From contig JAIOOX010000004.1 in NCBI GenBank assembly GCA_021414225.1, positions 66,206-130,205 of the forward strand: a DNA stretch of 64,000 nt. Reading direction: 5' to 3'. Shown here in pieces: positions 56,169 to 64,000 of the stretch. The DNA comes from Candidatus Vogelbacteria bacterium. Its GTDB lineage: Bacteria; Patescibacteriota; Minisyncoccia; Phycocordibacterales; XYD1-FULL-46-19. The first letter of the stretch is position 1. Each line of letters opens with the position of its first letter. The translations under genes and the position numbers were made by a program. The notes beneath the pieces were generated by a model. That model was given only the letters and a program-made list of their open reading frames with translations. It was not told the DNA's origin and ran no database searches.

Positions 56169-59126
56169 ATGCACCGGATAATTTCCGTGACTCTAATAGT
56201 TGGAATAATTGCACCAATTCTTATTGGCTTTTTGCCGGTAACAGTCCAAGCTCAACTAAATGATCCAGCTGAAACCACCCCCACCGGACAATTAGCTAAC
56301 ACTGCGGAATGTAGTGTGGCCACCACAAATGGCGCCACCGATGTTAATTCACTAGCTTCAGTTAAAAATAATCTGGCTGAAAAAGCCGCCAAGCTGACCC
56401 AACTTTCACGAGACCTGACTTCTTTAGATCAACAATTAGTTATTCTCCAAGAATTAAATAAAAATATTGTCCAAGGAGAGAGTTCTGGCGCAACTGGCTG
56501 GGTTTATAATACTAGTGAGTATAATGGTTGGGTAGAACAGCGGAGAAATATCTCTCAAAAAATATTACTCCAAATAAAAAATATAAGTGACGGTTTCCCA
56601 GAAAAAAGCAATGATTTGGGATATGTTTATAATTCAACATATTACCCTCAAAACACCAACCCTGTAACCATATTGAGTAACGATCTTACTAATCAAAATG
56701 AAGTAAAAAATCTAATTGATCGTGGAGAAAGAGTCATTCTTACCACCAAAGACGATGTCGCTACTATCAATAAAAATATTGATAGTATAAATATATGTAA
56801 CACCCAGACAACCACTCCTGACGACCAAGAGGCTATTACCCAGCAACAAGAGGACGCAGCTGCTAGAGCTTCCGCCGAAGAAGCAGCCAACAATACCCGA
56901 GCTGAATCTATCGCTGATACAAACAGCAACTCTACCCCAGCCTTACCCTTATCAGAATGTGTAATGTGGAAAGCTGGGACCTGGTTATCATGTTTCAGAG
57001 ATGCGGTCAGCGCTTTAATGCAAATTATGACCTGGCTATTTTCTTTTGTGGTTTATTTAGCGGCCAAAGTCTTTAATGCTGCTATTTCTTATTCTATTTT
57101 AGACTTCAAAGACATGACTGATAGTCTTTTCATTTCGACTCTCTGGGCCACAGTCAGAGATATCGCCAACATGATGATTATCTTTTTCTTGTTATACATC
57201 GCCCTAGCCACAATCCTCCAACTACAATCAGTCGATACCGCTAAAGCTTTTACGGCTATTATCATAGTCTCCCTGTTGGTAAATTTTAGTGGAGTTATCA
57301 CTAGAGTGGCTATTGATGTTTCCAATGTTAGCGCCCTGGTCTTCTATAATAGATTTGTTGGGACCGATGGCCAGGCCGATCTTAGTGGTTACTTTATTAT
57401 GAACAGTGATTTAGGTAAGTTAATTACAGTCGACCCCACTCGACCAGGAGGAAACAACGACGTATCAAGTCAAATTTTTGCTATTTTAGTTAAAGGTTTT
57501 TCGAATGCTATTCTTTCCTGTATAACCGCTTTTGTTTTAATTATGGCTGCCGGTTTCTTTATTGTTAGAACAGCTACTTTAATCTTTTTAATCATTCTGT
57601 CGCCACTGGCTTTTATTGGCTACGCTATTCCTTTTGTTAAAACTAAAGTTTCTGATGTTTGGTATAAAGAATTAATCGGCCAGATTACCTTTGCCCCAGT
57701 CTTTATGGGTTTATTTTACTTCACCATCAAACTTACAGAGGGAGTTAACAGTTTAGATGTTAGAGCAGTCGATTCCGCAGCTGGTCAGGTGATCATTTAC
57801 GCGATGTTGATGGCCATGATGCTTGGTTGTTTAAAAATAGCCAGAAACTCCGCTACCGGCATGGCTTCCAGTCAAATAAAATCTTGGGGTTCAGCTGGGG
57901 CTGGCTTTTTGGGAGGAGCCATAGCAACAAACACCTTAGGTAGGGGGGCTAGTAGTTTAGCTAAAAGTAAAACATTTAATAGTGCCGCGGCTAGAATACC
58001 TGGAGGTGGGTTGGCAATTACAGGTTTAAACAAAATGTCTAATTACGGTTTTGGTAGTAAGCAAGGTTATATAGCAAGAACATCGGCCAGTGAAAAAGTT
58101 CTTTCAGAACAAATGCAAAATATGAATACTGAACAAAAGGTTAAATTTATTTCTAGATTTAACACAAAAACCCAACAAATTAATGCTTATAACGCTCTCA
58201 GTGATAAAGATAAAATTGCTCTTGAATTAGAGGTCCAAAAGAACCCTCAGAAATATTCTTCCGAAGAAAGGATGTTTGGAACAGCTTGGGCTAGATCTGG
58301 AATTAGAATTGAATCAATGAAAGGCCAACTAAGAGGTGAGAAGCAAGAAAACTTAAATAAAGCAATTGAAACAGAAAAAGTTAAGGACATTAGAAAACAG
58401 GCCGCTGAGGAAAAAACTGAAGCTGAACGTTATAAAAAACTAGCTAGCCTGGTGGCTCAAATTAGCAGTGACGATGAAAGAAAAACTGTCTTTGGTGGAT
58501 TAACTGACAAAGAAAGGGCGGCTATTGTCTCTCACTCATCAGTAGAAGACAAGACAACTTTAGAGTCTCTAGCATCTAAACTTACTGGTGAAAAATATGA
58601 GAAATACCAAGAGGAAACAAGAAAAATGACTCAGGGTACCGCTCGAGTTGAGGTTAAAAACCACTTAAAAGAAATCGCCAATGGAAACAGAACAAGGATA
58701 GACACTGAAGCTGGTATGCCGATACTTGACGACTTAGAAGATAGTGTAAAAAAACTCAATCCAAATGATGTAATAACATTAGAAGAAGATTTATTAATCA
58801 ATCCTAATATCAACCGCTTCTTCTCTAAACAACACCTAACTGCTATTTGGAAAGATAAATTTATTAGCCAAGAAACCAGGGACAAGATCTATGAAAACAT
58901 AGTTACAAATAATAATGGTTACCCCGAATCCATACAATGGTGTCAAAACAATATAGGAATTCAAACCCAAAGACGTTTACATAGAGAAAGATTATCTAAT
59001 GAGGAGCGTGCCGAGAGAGCTCGAAGGGTTCCCGATAACGCTTATGTGCCACCAAGAGCCAGAGGATTAGGAAATCCTTTTAACGCTGATGAGGATGAGG
59101 AAAATAACACACAAAACCAAAATTAA
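56169..59126 (+). CDS. Large polytopic membrane protein, VirB6/TrbL-like by architecture
   Basis: 985 aa. Signal peptide and about 260-aa extracellular domain, then a block of 6 or more TM helices (aa ~270-600), then a long charged cytoplasmic tail. Confidence 0.4.
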   Translation: MHRIISVTLIVGIIAPILIGFLPVTVQAQLNDPAETTPTGQLANTAECSVATTNGATDVNSLASVKNNLAEKAAKLTQLSRDLTSLDQQLVILQELNKNIVQGESSGATGWVYNTSEYNGWVEQRRNISQKILLQIKNISDGFPEKSNDLGYVYNSTYYPQNTNPVTILSNDLTNQNEVKNLIDRGERVILTTKDDVATINKNIDSINICNTQTTTPDDQEAITQQQEDAAARASAEEAANNTRAESIADTNSNSTPALPLSECVMWKAGTWLSCFRDAVSALMQIMTWLFSFVVYLAAKVFNAAISYSILDFKDMTDSLFISTLWATVRDIANMMIIFFLLYIALATILQLQSVDTAKAFTAIIIVSLLVNFSGVITRVAIDVSNVSALVFYNRFVGTDGQADLSGYFIMNSDLGKLITVDPTRPGGNNDVSSQIFAILVKGFSNAILSCITAFVLIMAAGFFIVRTATLIFLIILSPLAFIGYAIPFVKTKVSDVWYKELIGQITFAPVFMGLFYFTIKLTEGVNSLDVRAVDSAAGQVIIYAMLMAMMLGCLKIARNSATGMASSQIKSWGSAGAGFLGGAIATNTLGRGASSLAKSKTFNSAAARIPGGGLAITGLNKMSNYGFGSKQGYIARTSASEKVLSEQMQNMNTEQKVKFISRFNTKTQQINAYNALSDKDKIALELEVQKNPQKYSSEERMFGTAWARSGIRIESMKGQLRGEKQENLNKAIETEKVKDIRKQAAEEKTEAERYKKLASLVAQISSDDERKTVFGGLTDKERAAIVSHSSVEDKTTLESLASKLTGEKYEKYQEETRKMTQGTARVEVKNHLKEIANGNRTRIDTEAGMPILDDLEDSVKKLNPNDVITLEEDLLINPNINRFFSKQHLTAIWKDKFISQETRDKIYENIVTNNNGYPESIQWCQNNIGIQTQRRLHRERLSNEERAERARRVPDNAYVPPRARGLGNPFNADEDEENNTQNQN

Positions 59127-59129
59127 AAT

Positions 59130-59588
59130 ATGACTAAAGACCTAGATATTTTTAGAGAAAAATTTGAAAGGTTACCCGAAGACGTCAGGGGTGCCATTTT
59201 TGCAGTTGAAACAACAGATGTTATTGCTAATATCCAAAAGAAGTTCAAACTTCATGTTGACCAAACAGGTAAACTAGCTGAGGAAGTTGGACTGGTGATG
59301 CTTGGTTTTAGTAAACCAAATGAGTTTGTTGGTAAGATAACAAAAAACCTACAGGTAACTCAAATAACAGCTGTAGAAATCACCAAAGATATAAACGACA
59401 AGATCTTCAACCCAATCAAGGAATCATTAAAACAAATTCACAACCTAGAAAACTCCGGCAACGAACCTTTAATAAAGACTAGACCAACAGATTCTGATAC
59501 TATTTTTGATTCTAAACTCAAAGGTTTATTTAGCGCCAGTACTACAAGCACTAATAAGGTGGCGGATCCTTACCACGAGGGGATATAG
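59130..59588 (+). CDS. Hypothetical soluble protein of the T4SS-like cluster
   Basis: 152-aa ORF, tightly packed 3 nt after the previous gene. Confidence 0.35.
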   Translation: MTKDLDIFREKFERLPEDVRGAIFAVETTDVIANIQKKFKLHVDQTGKLAEEVGLVMLGFSKPNEFVGKITKNLQVTQITAVEITKDINDKIFNPIKESLKQIHNLENSGNEPLIKTRPTDSDTIFDSKLKGLFSASTTSTNKVADPYHEGI

Positions 59589-59619
59589 TAAAACAACAAT
59601 ATGATATACTGAGTGAGTT

Positions 59620-60030
59620 ATGAATTTTCAAGTTCCTCAATTTATCGAGATTGAAGATAAAGTGATTGGACCATTGTCTTTCAAGCAGTTTATTTATGTG
59701 GCTGGAGCGGCTGGTTTGTCTTTTATTTGTTACGCTTTTTTACCTCTATACTTAGCTTTCCTACCCATTGCGGGTCTAATGACTCTTGGTTTAGCTTTAG
59801 CTTTTTATCAAGTAAACAACAGGCCTTTCATTATCACTCTCCAGTCAGCCTTGCGTTACTTCACTAGTCATAAACTTTATTTATGGCAACAGCGAACAAA
59901 CGACAACCTCTCAATCAGCCCCCAAAACGGCAAATCAGATGAAGGTGGATCACTTGAGGCCCCTAGACTATCTAAGAGCAAACTATCTGACCTATCTTGG
60001 AATTTAGATATTAAAGAAACTATTCAATAA
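59620..60030 (+). CDS. Small two-TM protein, VirB3/PrgI-like, immediately upstream of VirB4
   Basis: 136 aa. N-terminal amphipathic segment, then two adjacent TM helices (LSFICYAFLPLYLAFLPIAGLMTLGLALAF). Position and size match VirB3-like subunits. Confidence 0.45.
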   Translation: MNFQVPQFIEIEDKVIGPLSFKQFIYVAGAAGLSFICYAFLPLYLAFLPIAGLMTLGLALAFYQVNNRPFIITLQSALRYFTSHKLYLWQQRTNDNLSISPQNGKSDEGGSLEAPRLSKSKLSDLSWNLDIKETIQ

Positions 60031-60034
60031 AGTC

Positions 60035-60673
60035 ATGCCTATTACTGGTAAATCAACTCAAGATTTTGTGCCTATCAAAGAAATCAGGGATGGTGTCGTC
60101 ATCTTGCGTGACGGGGGACTACGTTTAGTTTTAATTGCCTCATCTATTAACTTCGCCCTTAAATCAGCGGATGAGAAAACTGCTATTTTACTTCAGTACC
60201 AAAATTTCCTTAACTCCCTTGATTTTCATATTCAAATTTTCATCCAGTCGCGACGTTTAGATATTTCTCCATATATTAGTACCTTAGAGGTTAGACTCAA
60301 AGAACAGACTAATGAGTTACTAAAAGTTCAAACTAGAGAGTATATTGGCTTTATTAAGAGTTTTACCGAGAATAACAATGTGATGACCAAAACTTTCTTT
60401 ATTAGTATTCCTTACGAACCAGCTGTCTATAAAAACAAAGATTCTCTCTTCAATAAAATAGTTCCTGCTTCTTTATTTGGCCAAAAGAATAACACGGTCT
60501 CCGAAACAGACAATTTCCAAGAAAATCGCGCTCAGTTAGAACAACGAGTTGACGTTGTTAAGCAGGGCTTAAATAGAATTGGAGTTCGAACAGAACAATT
60601 AGGAACCGAGGAATTAGTTGAGCTTTATTTTAAATTATTTAATCCTGGCGAAAAAACTGCCCCAACAGTTTAA
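60035..60673 (+). CDS. VirB4/TraE-family N-terminal domain encoded as a separate 212-aa ORF, separated from the ATPase body by a frameshift
   Basis: FVPIKEIRDGVVILRDGGLRLVLIASSINFALKSADEKTAILLQYQNFLNSL...IQIFIQS matches the conserved N-terminus of Gram-positive conjugative VirB4 ATPases. The ORF ends at TAA just after a gaaaaaa (A6) run. Confidence 0.6.
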   Translation: MPITGKSTQDFVPIKEIRDGVVILRDGGLRLVLIASSINFALKSADEKTAILLQYQNFLNSLDFHIQIFIQSRRLDISPYISTLEVRLKEQTNELLKVQTREYIGFIKSFTENNNVMTKTFFISIPYEPAVYKNKDSLFNKIVPASLFGQKNNTVSETDNFQENRAQLEQRVDVVKQGLNRIGVRTEQLGTEELVELYFKLFNPGEKTAPTV

Positions 60674-60680
60674 ATTAATT

Positions 60681-62525
60681 ATGTGGCCATTTTCTAAAAA
60701 AACTGAAGAGACAACCTTAACCCCCGTCTTACCTAAAGATGTTTATGAGACGGGGATCTTGCAGTTACGAGATATTATTGCCCCATCCGCCCTTAAGGTC
60801 ACTCCTAAAAGCTTAAACTTGGGAGACAAGATAGCTAGAACTTTATTTGTTATTTCTTATCCTCGGTTCCTCAACGAAGAGTGGTTTTCACCTATTATCG
60901 ACCTGGATAAGGTTTTTGATGTTAGTATTTTTATCCATCCTCTTGATTCAGCTGAAGCTCTGCGGACCCTACAGAAGAAACTGGCCGAGGTCCAAAGTCA
61001 GATTAGAATTAAAGAAGACAAGGGTTTTGTTCGCGACCCGGTCTTAGACACCGCTTATCAAGACATTGAAAGTTTGAGAGACCAACTCCAACAAGCTCAA
61101 GAAAAAATCTTTGACGTTGGTTTATATATCACTATCTATGGTAGTAACGACGAAGAAGTTGACCGAGTAGAATCCGAACTCAAATCAATGCTTGATGCCA
61201 AGTTGATTTACCTCAAACCAGCCCTCTTTCAACAAGAAGATGGCTTTCGCAGTGTTATCCCAACTAGCACCGATCTGATTGAAGTTCATACCAAATTAAA
61301 CTCCTCGCCACTATCGAGTCTTTTTCCTTTTGTCTCTTTTGACTTAACTTCCAACAAAGGAATCTTGTACGGTATTAACCGCCACAATTCTTCTTTGGTT
61401 TTGTTTGATCGCTTCTCTTTAGAGAACTACAATTCTGTGGTTTTTGCTAAATCTGGTTCTGGTAAATCCTATACCACCAAACTAGAGATCCTCCGTAGTT
61501 TGATGTTTGACACTGATGTGATTGTTATCGACCCAGAACGAGAATATGAATTCTTAACCGATGCAGTGGGTGGTAGATACTTTAACATCTCTCTAACGTC
61601 TGAACACCACATCAACCCATTTGATTTGCCACTACCTAGGGAGGACGAATCAGCCGCTGATATCCTAAGGTCAAACATTATTACTTTAGTTGGTCTCTTT
61701 CGTATTATGCTTGGTGGCTTAACTCCAGAAGAGGATTCCATTATCGACAACGCTATCAGTGAAACCTATGCCTTAAAAGATATTACCCCCGACAGTGATT
61801 TCTCTAACAAACCAGCCCCTTTATTGTCAGACCTGGCCTTGGTTTTAGCCGGCATGGAAGGTGGAGAATCTCTAGCCCAACGCCTCCTTAAATATACTCA
61901 AGGTTCTTGGGCTGGCTTTATTAACAAACCAACTAATGTCGATATTAATAAAAAATTCGTCGTTTTCTCCGTCCGCGACATGGAAGATGAGTTGAAACCC
62001 GTGGCAATGTATATTGTTATCCACCATATCTGGACAGCTGTTAGACGAAACCTTAAAAAGAGACTCCTGGTGGTTGATGAGGCTTGGTGGATGATGAAGT
62101 CGGAAGACACCGCTTCTTTCTTGTTTTCACTAGTTAAACGAGGACGTAAATATTTCTTAGGCACCGCCACTATCACTCAGGACGTAGGGGACTTTATGCG
62201 TTCACCTTACGGCTTACCAATCATTACCAACTCTTCAATTCAAATCCTTCTCAAGCAATCTCCCGCCTCAATTGATTTAGTACAAAAAACTTTTAACCTA
62301 ACCGATGAGGAAAAATTCCTACTCCTAGAATCAAACGTGGGGGAGGGTATTTTCTTTGCCGGTCTTAAAAGAGTAGCAATTAAAATTATTGCTTCTTATA
62401 CTGAAGATCAAATTATAACGTCCGACCCATCACAACTTCTAGCCATTAAACGAGCCAAGCAAGAATTAGCCCAGGAAGCAGAAACTGACTCTCAAGCACG
62501 TTATGGACAAGGAGCAAACCAATAA
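60681..62525 (+). CDS. VirB4-like T4SS ATPase, central and C-terminal ATPase portion
   Basis: Walker A AKSGSGKSYTTK, IVIDPEREY, Walker B LLVVDEAWWM, GRKYFLGTATITQD. The open frame continues upstream to 60618 and overlaps the previous ORF. Confidence 0.8.
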   Translation: MWPFSKKTEETTLTPVLPKDVYETGILQLRDIIAPSALKVTPKSLNLGDKIARTLFVISYPRFLNEEWFSPIIDLDKVFDVSIFIHPLDSAEALRTLQKKLAEVQSQIRIKEDKGFVRDPVLDTAYQDIESLRDQLQQAQEKIFDVGLYITIYGSNDEEVDRVESELKSMLDAKLIYLKPALFQQEDGFRSVIPTSTDLIEVHTKLNSSPLSSLFPFVSFDLTSNKGILYGINRHNSSLVLFDRFSLENYNSVVFAKSGSGKSYTTKLEILRSLMFDTDVIVIDPEREYEFLTDAVGGRYFNISLTSEHHINPFDLPLPREDESAADILRSNIITLVGLFRIMLGGLTPEEDSIIDNAISETYALKDITPDSDFSNKPAPLLSDLALVLAGMEGGESLAQRLLKYTQGSWAGFINKPTNVDINKKFVVFSVRDMEDELKPVAMYIVIHHIWTAVRRNLKKRLLVVDEAWWMMKSEDTASFLFSLVKRGRKYFLGTATITQDVGDFMRSPYGLPIITNSSIQILLKQSPASIDLVQKTFNLTDEEKFLLLESNVGEGIFFAGLKRVAIKIIASYTEDQIITSDPSQLLAIKRAKQELAQEAETDSQARYGQGANQ

Positions 62526-63102
62526 AATAAGCATAGTAACAAGCTCGGCAATGCTTCTTGTCGCATCCTTTTTTGACTTAATTAGCTTAATACCATTTGT
62601 TAATATCATTTCCAGCGTTATCGCCTGGATGATTTTCACTGTCTGGTTTTATTTCTTGGGCGCTGGATTACTTAACACTAAAAAACTAGCTACAGTTAGT
62701 CTTAGTTTTTTAGCTGAATTAATTCCTTTTGTTAGTATGTTACCTCTGATAACTACCGGTGTTTTTATTTTAATTTTCATGCAAAACAATCCAGTCCTAG
62801 GGAAATTAGCCCATAAAGGTCTCGATATAAAAAAACAGTCTCTAAATAAAAAGATTCAGGGTTTTGAATCAAATAAAAGTCAGCTACTGCCGTCAGATAC
62901 TAAAAAAATAGAAGGGGGCAAACAAATCACTAATTCAAATAAACAAAGTCTGGAAACTAAAACCGAGACAACACCCTCACCGACAACCACTACAGACAAA
63001 CGCTTAGAAAATCAAATACCCCAAAGAAGATTTATTAGAGACATTGACCCACCTGCCCCTTATGGTGAAGAAGACCAAGATGAGTTCAATATCGCCGCTT
63101 AG
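62503..63102 (+). CDS. Hypothetical polytopic membrane protein following VirB4
   Basis: 199 aa, 3-4 TM helices, Thr/Pro-rich tail. Overlaps the VirB4 end by 23 nt. Confidence 0.4.
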   Translation: MDKEQTNKISIVTSSAMLLVASFFDLISLIPFVNIISSVIAWMIFTVWFYFLGAGLLNTKKLATVSLSFLAELIPFVSMLPLITTGVFILIFMQNNPVLGKLAHKGLDIKKQSLNKKIQGFESNKSQLLPSDTKKIEGGKQITNSNKQSLETKTETTPSPTTTTDKRLENQIPQRRFIRDIDPPAPYGEEDQDEFNIAA

Positions 63103-63156
63103 TGGTCCACACCTTTCTAGACTGATAAATTCACAAATATGATAAAATAAGTCAAA

Positions 63157-64000
63157 GTGACAGTCTTAGAAAAAGCCTTATACCTAATAAAAAAAATATT
63201 CCTGCTAACCGCAGTTGTTTTCTGTGTCTTGCCACACTTAACCCAAGCTGTTACAGAGTCAACCCTAGGTGGAACTTTGATCTCTACCATCAATCCCAAA
63301 CACCCTAGACCAGGAGAGGTGGTCAATATTAAACTTAGTAGTTATGGTTATAGTTTAGAGAATAGTAAAATATCTTGGTTTGTAAACCAAAAACTTCAAT
63401 TAGAAGGGGCGGCCAAAAAAGAACACGTAGTTACAATGGGTCCAAATGGTAGCCAGACTAGTGTTACTATCCTGGTCGAAAACTCAGCTGGTAAACAAAT
63501 TGTTAAAAATTTAACTTTTAACCCGGCTGATGTAGACCTTATTTGGGAAGCAGATACCTACATCCCAGACGACTATCAGGGAGCCGCCCTACCCAGTCTT
63601 GGCAGTAGGGTGACGGTAACAGCTATACCAAATTTAAAAGAAACCGGTTTTAATATTCCAGCTAACGAGTTAATTTTTACTTGGACCAAAGACTACAAAA
63701 CCATACCAAACCAGTCGGGTAGAGGTAAGGACTCATTTAGTTTTGACCTAAATCAACCAAGTGCCCAGATTGATGTTTTGGTTCAGTCACCTAATTTTAA
63801 AATAGAAGCTTACAACCGAGCAATTATCACCGCTTATGAGCCAGAATTAGTTCTCTATCCAGTCAAACCACTTCTAGGTCGTATTTTAGAGGCTTTCAAT
63901 TCTTCTTTCTCTATTAGCCCTGATATGTCAGGACTTCAAATAGAACCTTATTTTGTATCCAAAAATTTAATCCGACAAGGCTTAGTAAACTACGAATGGT
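63157..64000 (+). CDS. Secreted protein, partial; continues beyond the window end
   Basis: Frame open from 63151 to 64000 with no stop. GTG 63157 gives VTVLEKALYLIKKIFLLTAVVFCVLPHLTQA|VTE, signal-peptide-like. Not in the ORF track because it is unterminated. Confidence 0.45.
   Translation, partial: MTVLEKALYLIKKIFLLTAVVFCVLPHLTQAVTESTLGGTLISTINPKHPRPGEVVNIKLSSYGYSLENSKISWFVNQKLQLEGAAKKEHVVTMGPNGSQTSVTILVENSAGKQIVKNLTFNPADVDLIWEADTYIPDDYQGAALPSLGSRVTVTAIPNLKETGFNIPANELIFTWTKDYKTIPNQSGRGKDSFSFDLNQPSAQIDVLVQSPNFKIEAYNRAIITAYEPELVLYPVKPLLGRILEAFNSSFSISPDMSGLQIEPYFVSKNLIRQGLVNYEW

Noticed and set aside
60618-60680. Using the ORF-track start (60618) of the 635-aa VirB4 ORF, which overlaps the 212-aa ORF by 56 nt
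   Set aside because: The upstream extension (MSFILNYLILAKKLPQQFKLI) is the out-of-frame continuation created by the A6 frameshift. It is not a bona fide N-terminus. The first post-stop ATG (60681), or a fused gene, is more plausible.
63117-63326. 69-aa minus-strand ORF
   Set aside because: Antisense to the unterminated signal-peptide-bearing + strand ORF that runs to the window end, and it has no start context.
1-64000. Looked for CRISPR arrays, rRNA genes, transposases/IS elements and prophage hallmarks
   Set aside because: No regularly spaced direct repeats, no rRNA-like conserved segments and no transposase or phage structural motifs were seen. The only recombinase is a XerC/D-type with typical Xer size and domains.

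Overview
The window is a gene-dense, AT-leaning (~40% GC) bacterial chromosome segment. Gene content points to a reduced-genome Patescibacteria/CPR-type organism; this is an inference from compact housekeeping genes, no biosynthesis, tRNAs mostly lacking encoded CCA beside a CCA-adding enzyme, a type IV pilus plus ComEC DNA-uptake set, and a Gram-positive-style type IV secretion (T4SS) cluster.

Main blocks, in order:
- 1-4.9 kb: split ComEC, RNase HI, RecJ, HIT.
- 5.06-6.36 kb: a higher-GC islet carrying a radical SAM enzyme and two tandem short peptide ORFs. The ORFs have strong Shine-Dalgarno sites and share a repeated SGSKGRxVPRP motif. Both fall below the 60-aa ORF-track cutoff. This is the most novel candidate, a RiPP-like cassette.
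- 7.4-9.2 kb: pgk-tpiA.
- 9.4-20.1 kb: type IV pilus/competence locus. It holds the PilB ATPase, PilC, three prepilin-type pseudopilins, and 577-aa and 1437-aa secreted proteins.
- 20.8-28.7 kb: nusA, ppa, a short trigger factor, clpP, rny, hup and a BCAT-like aminotransferase.
- 28.8-36 kb: two NUDIX genes, a VKOR-like gene, an RRM protein, four tRNAs (Gly-TCC, Pro-TGG, Gly-GCC, Arg-TCG), yraN, cca, xerC/D and rpsO.
- 36-50.6 kb: NYN-domain protein, two coiled-coil proteins, comM, LOG, an M23/LysM peptidase, a VirD4-like coupling ATPase, uvrD, rsmA.
- 50.6 kb to the end: a T4SS-like cluster with large secreted and polytopic proteins, a VirB3-like protein, and a VirB4 ATPase split by a frameshift in an A6 run.

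Other points: a partial MBL-fold ComEC-like gene runs off the 5' end and a partial secreted-protein gene runs off the 3' end. Several structured noncoding regions were noted: a 21-bp perfect hairpin and further hairpins after tRNA-Pro, a nusA leader terminator, and a 464-nt gap containing a 22-nt palindrome. Some genes appear leaderless. No rRNA, CRISPR array or transposase was seen.
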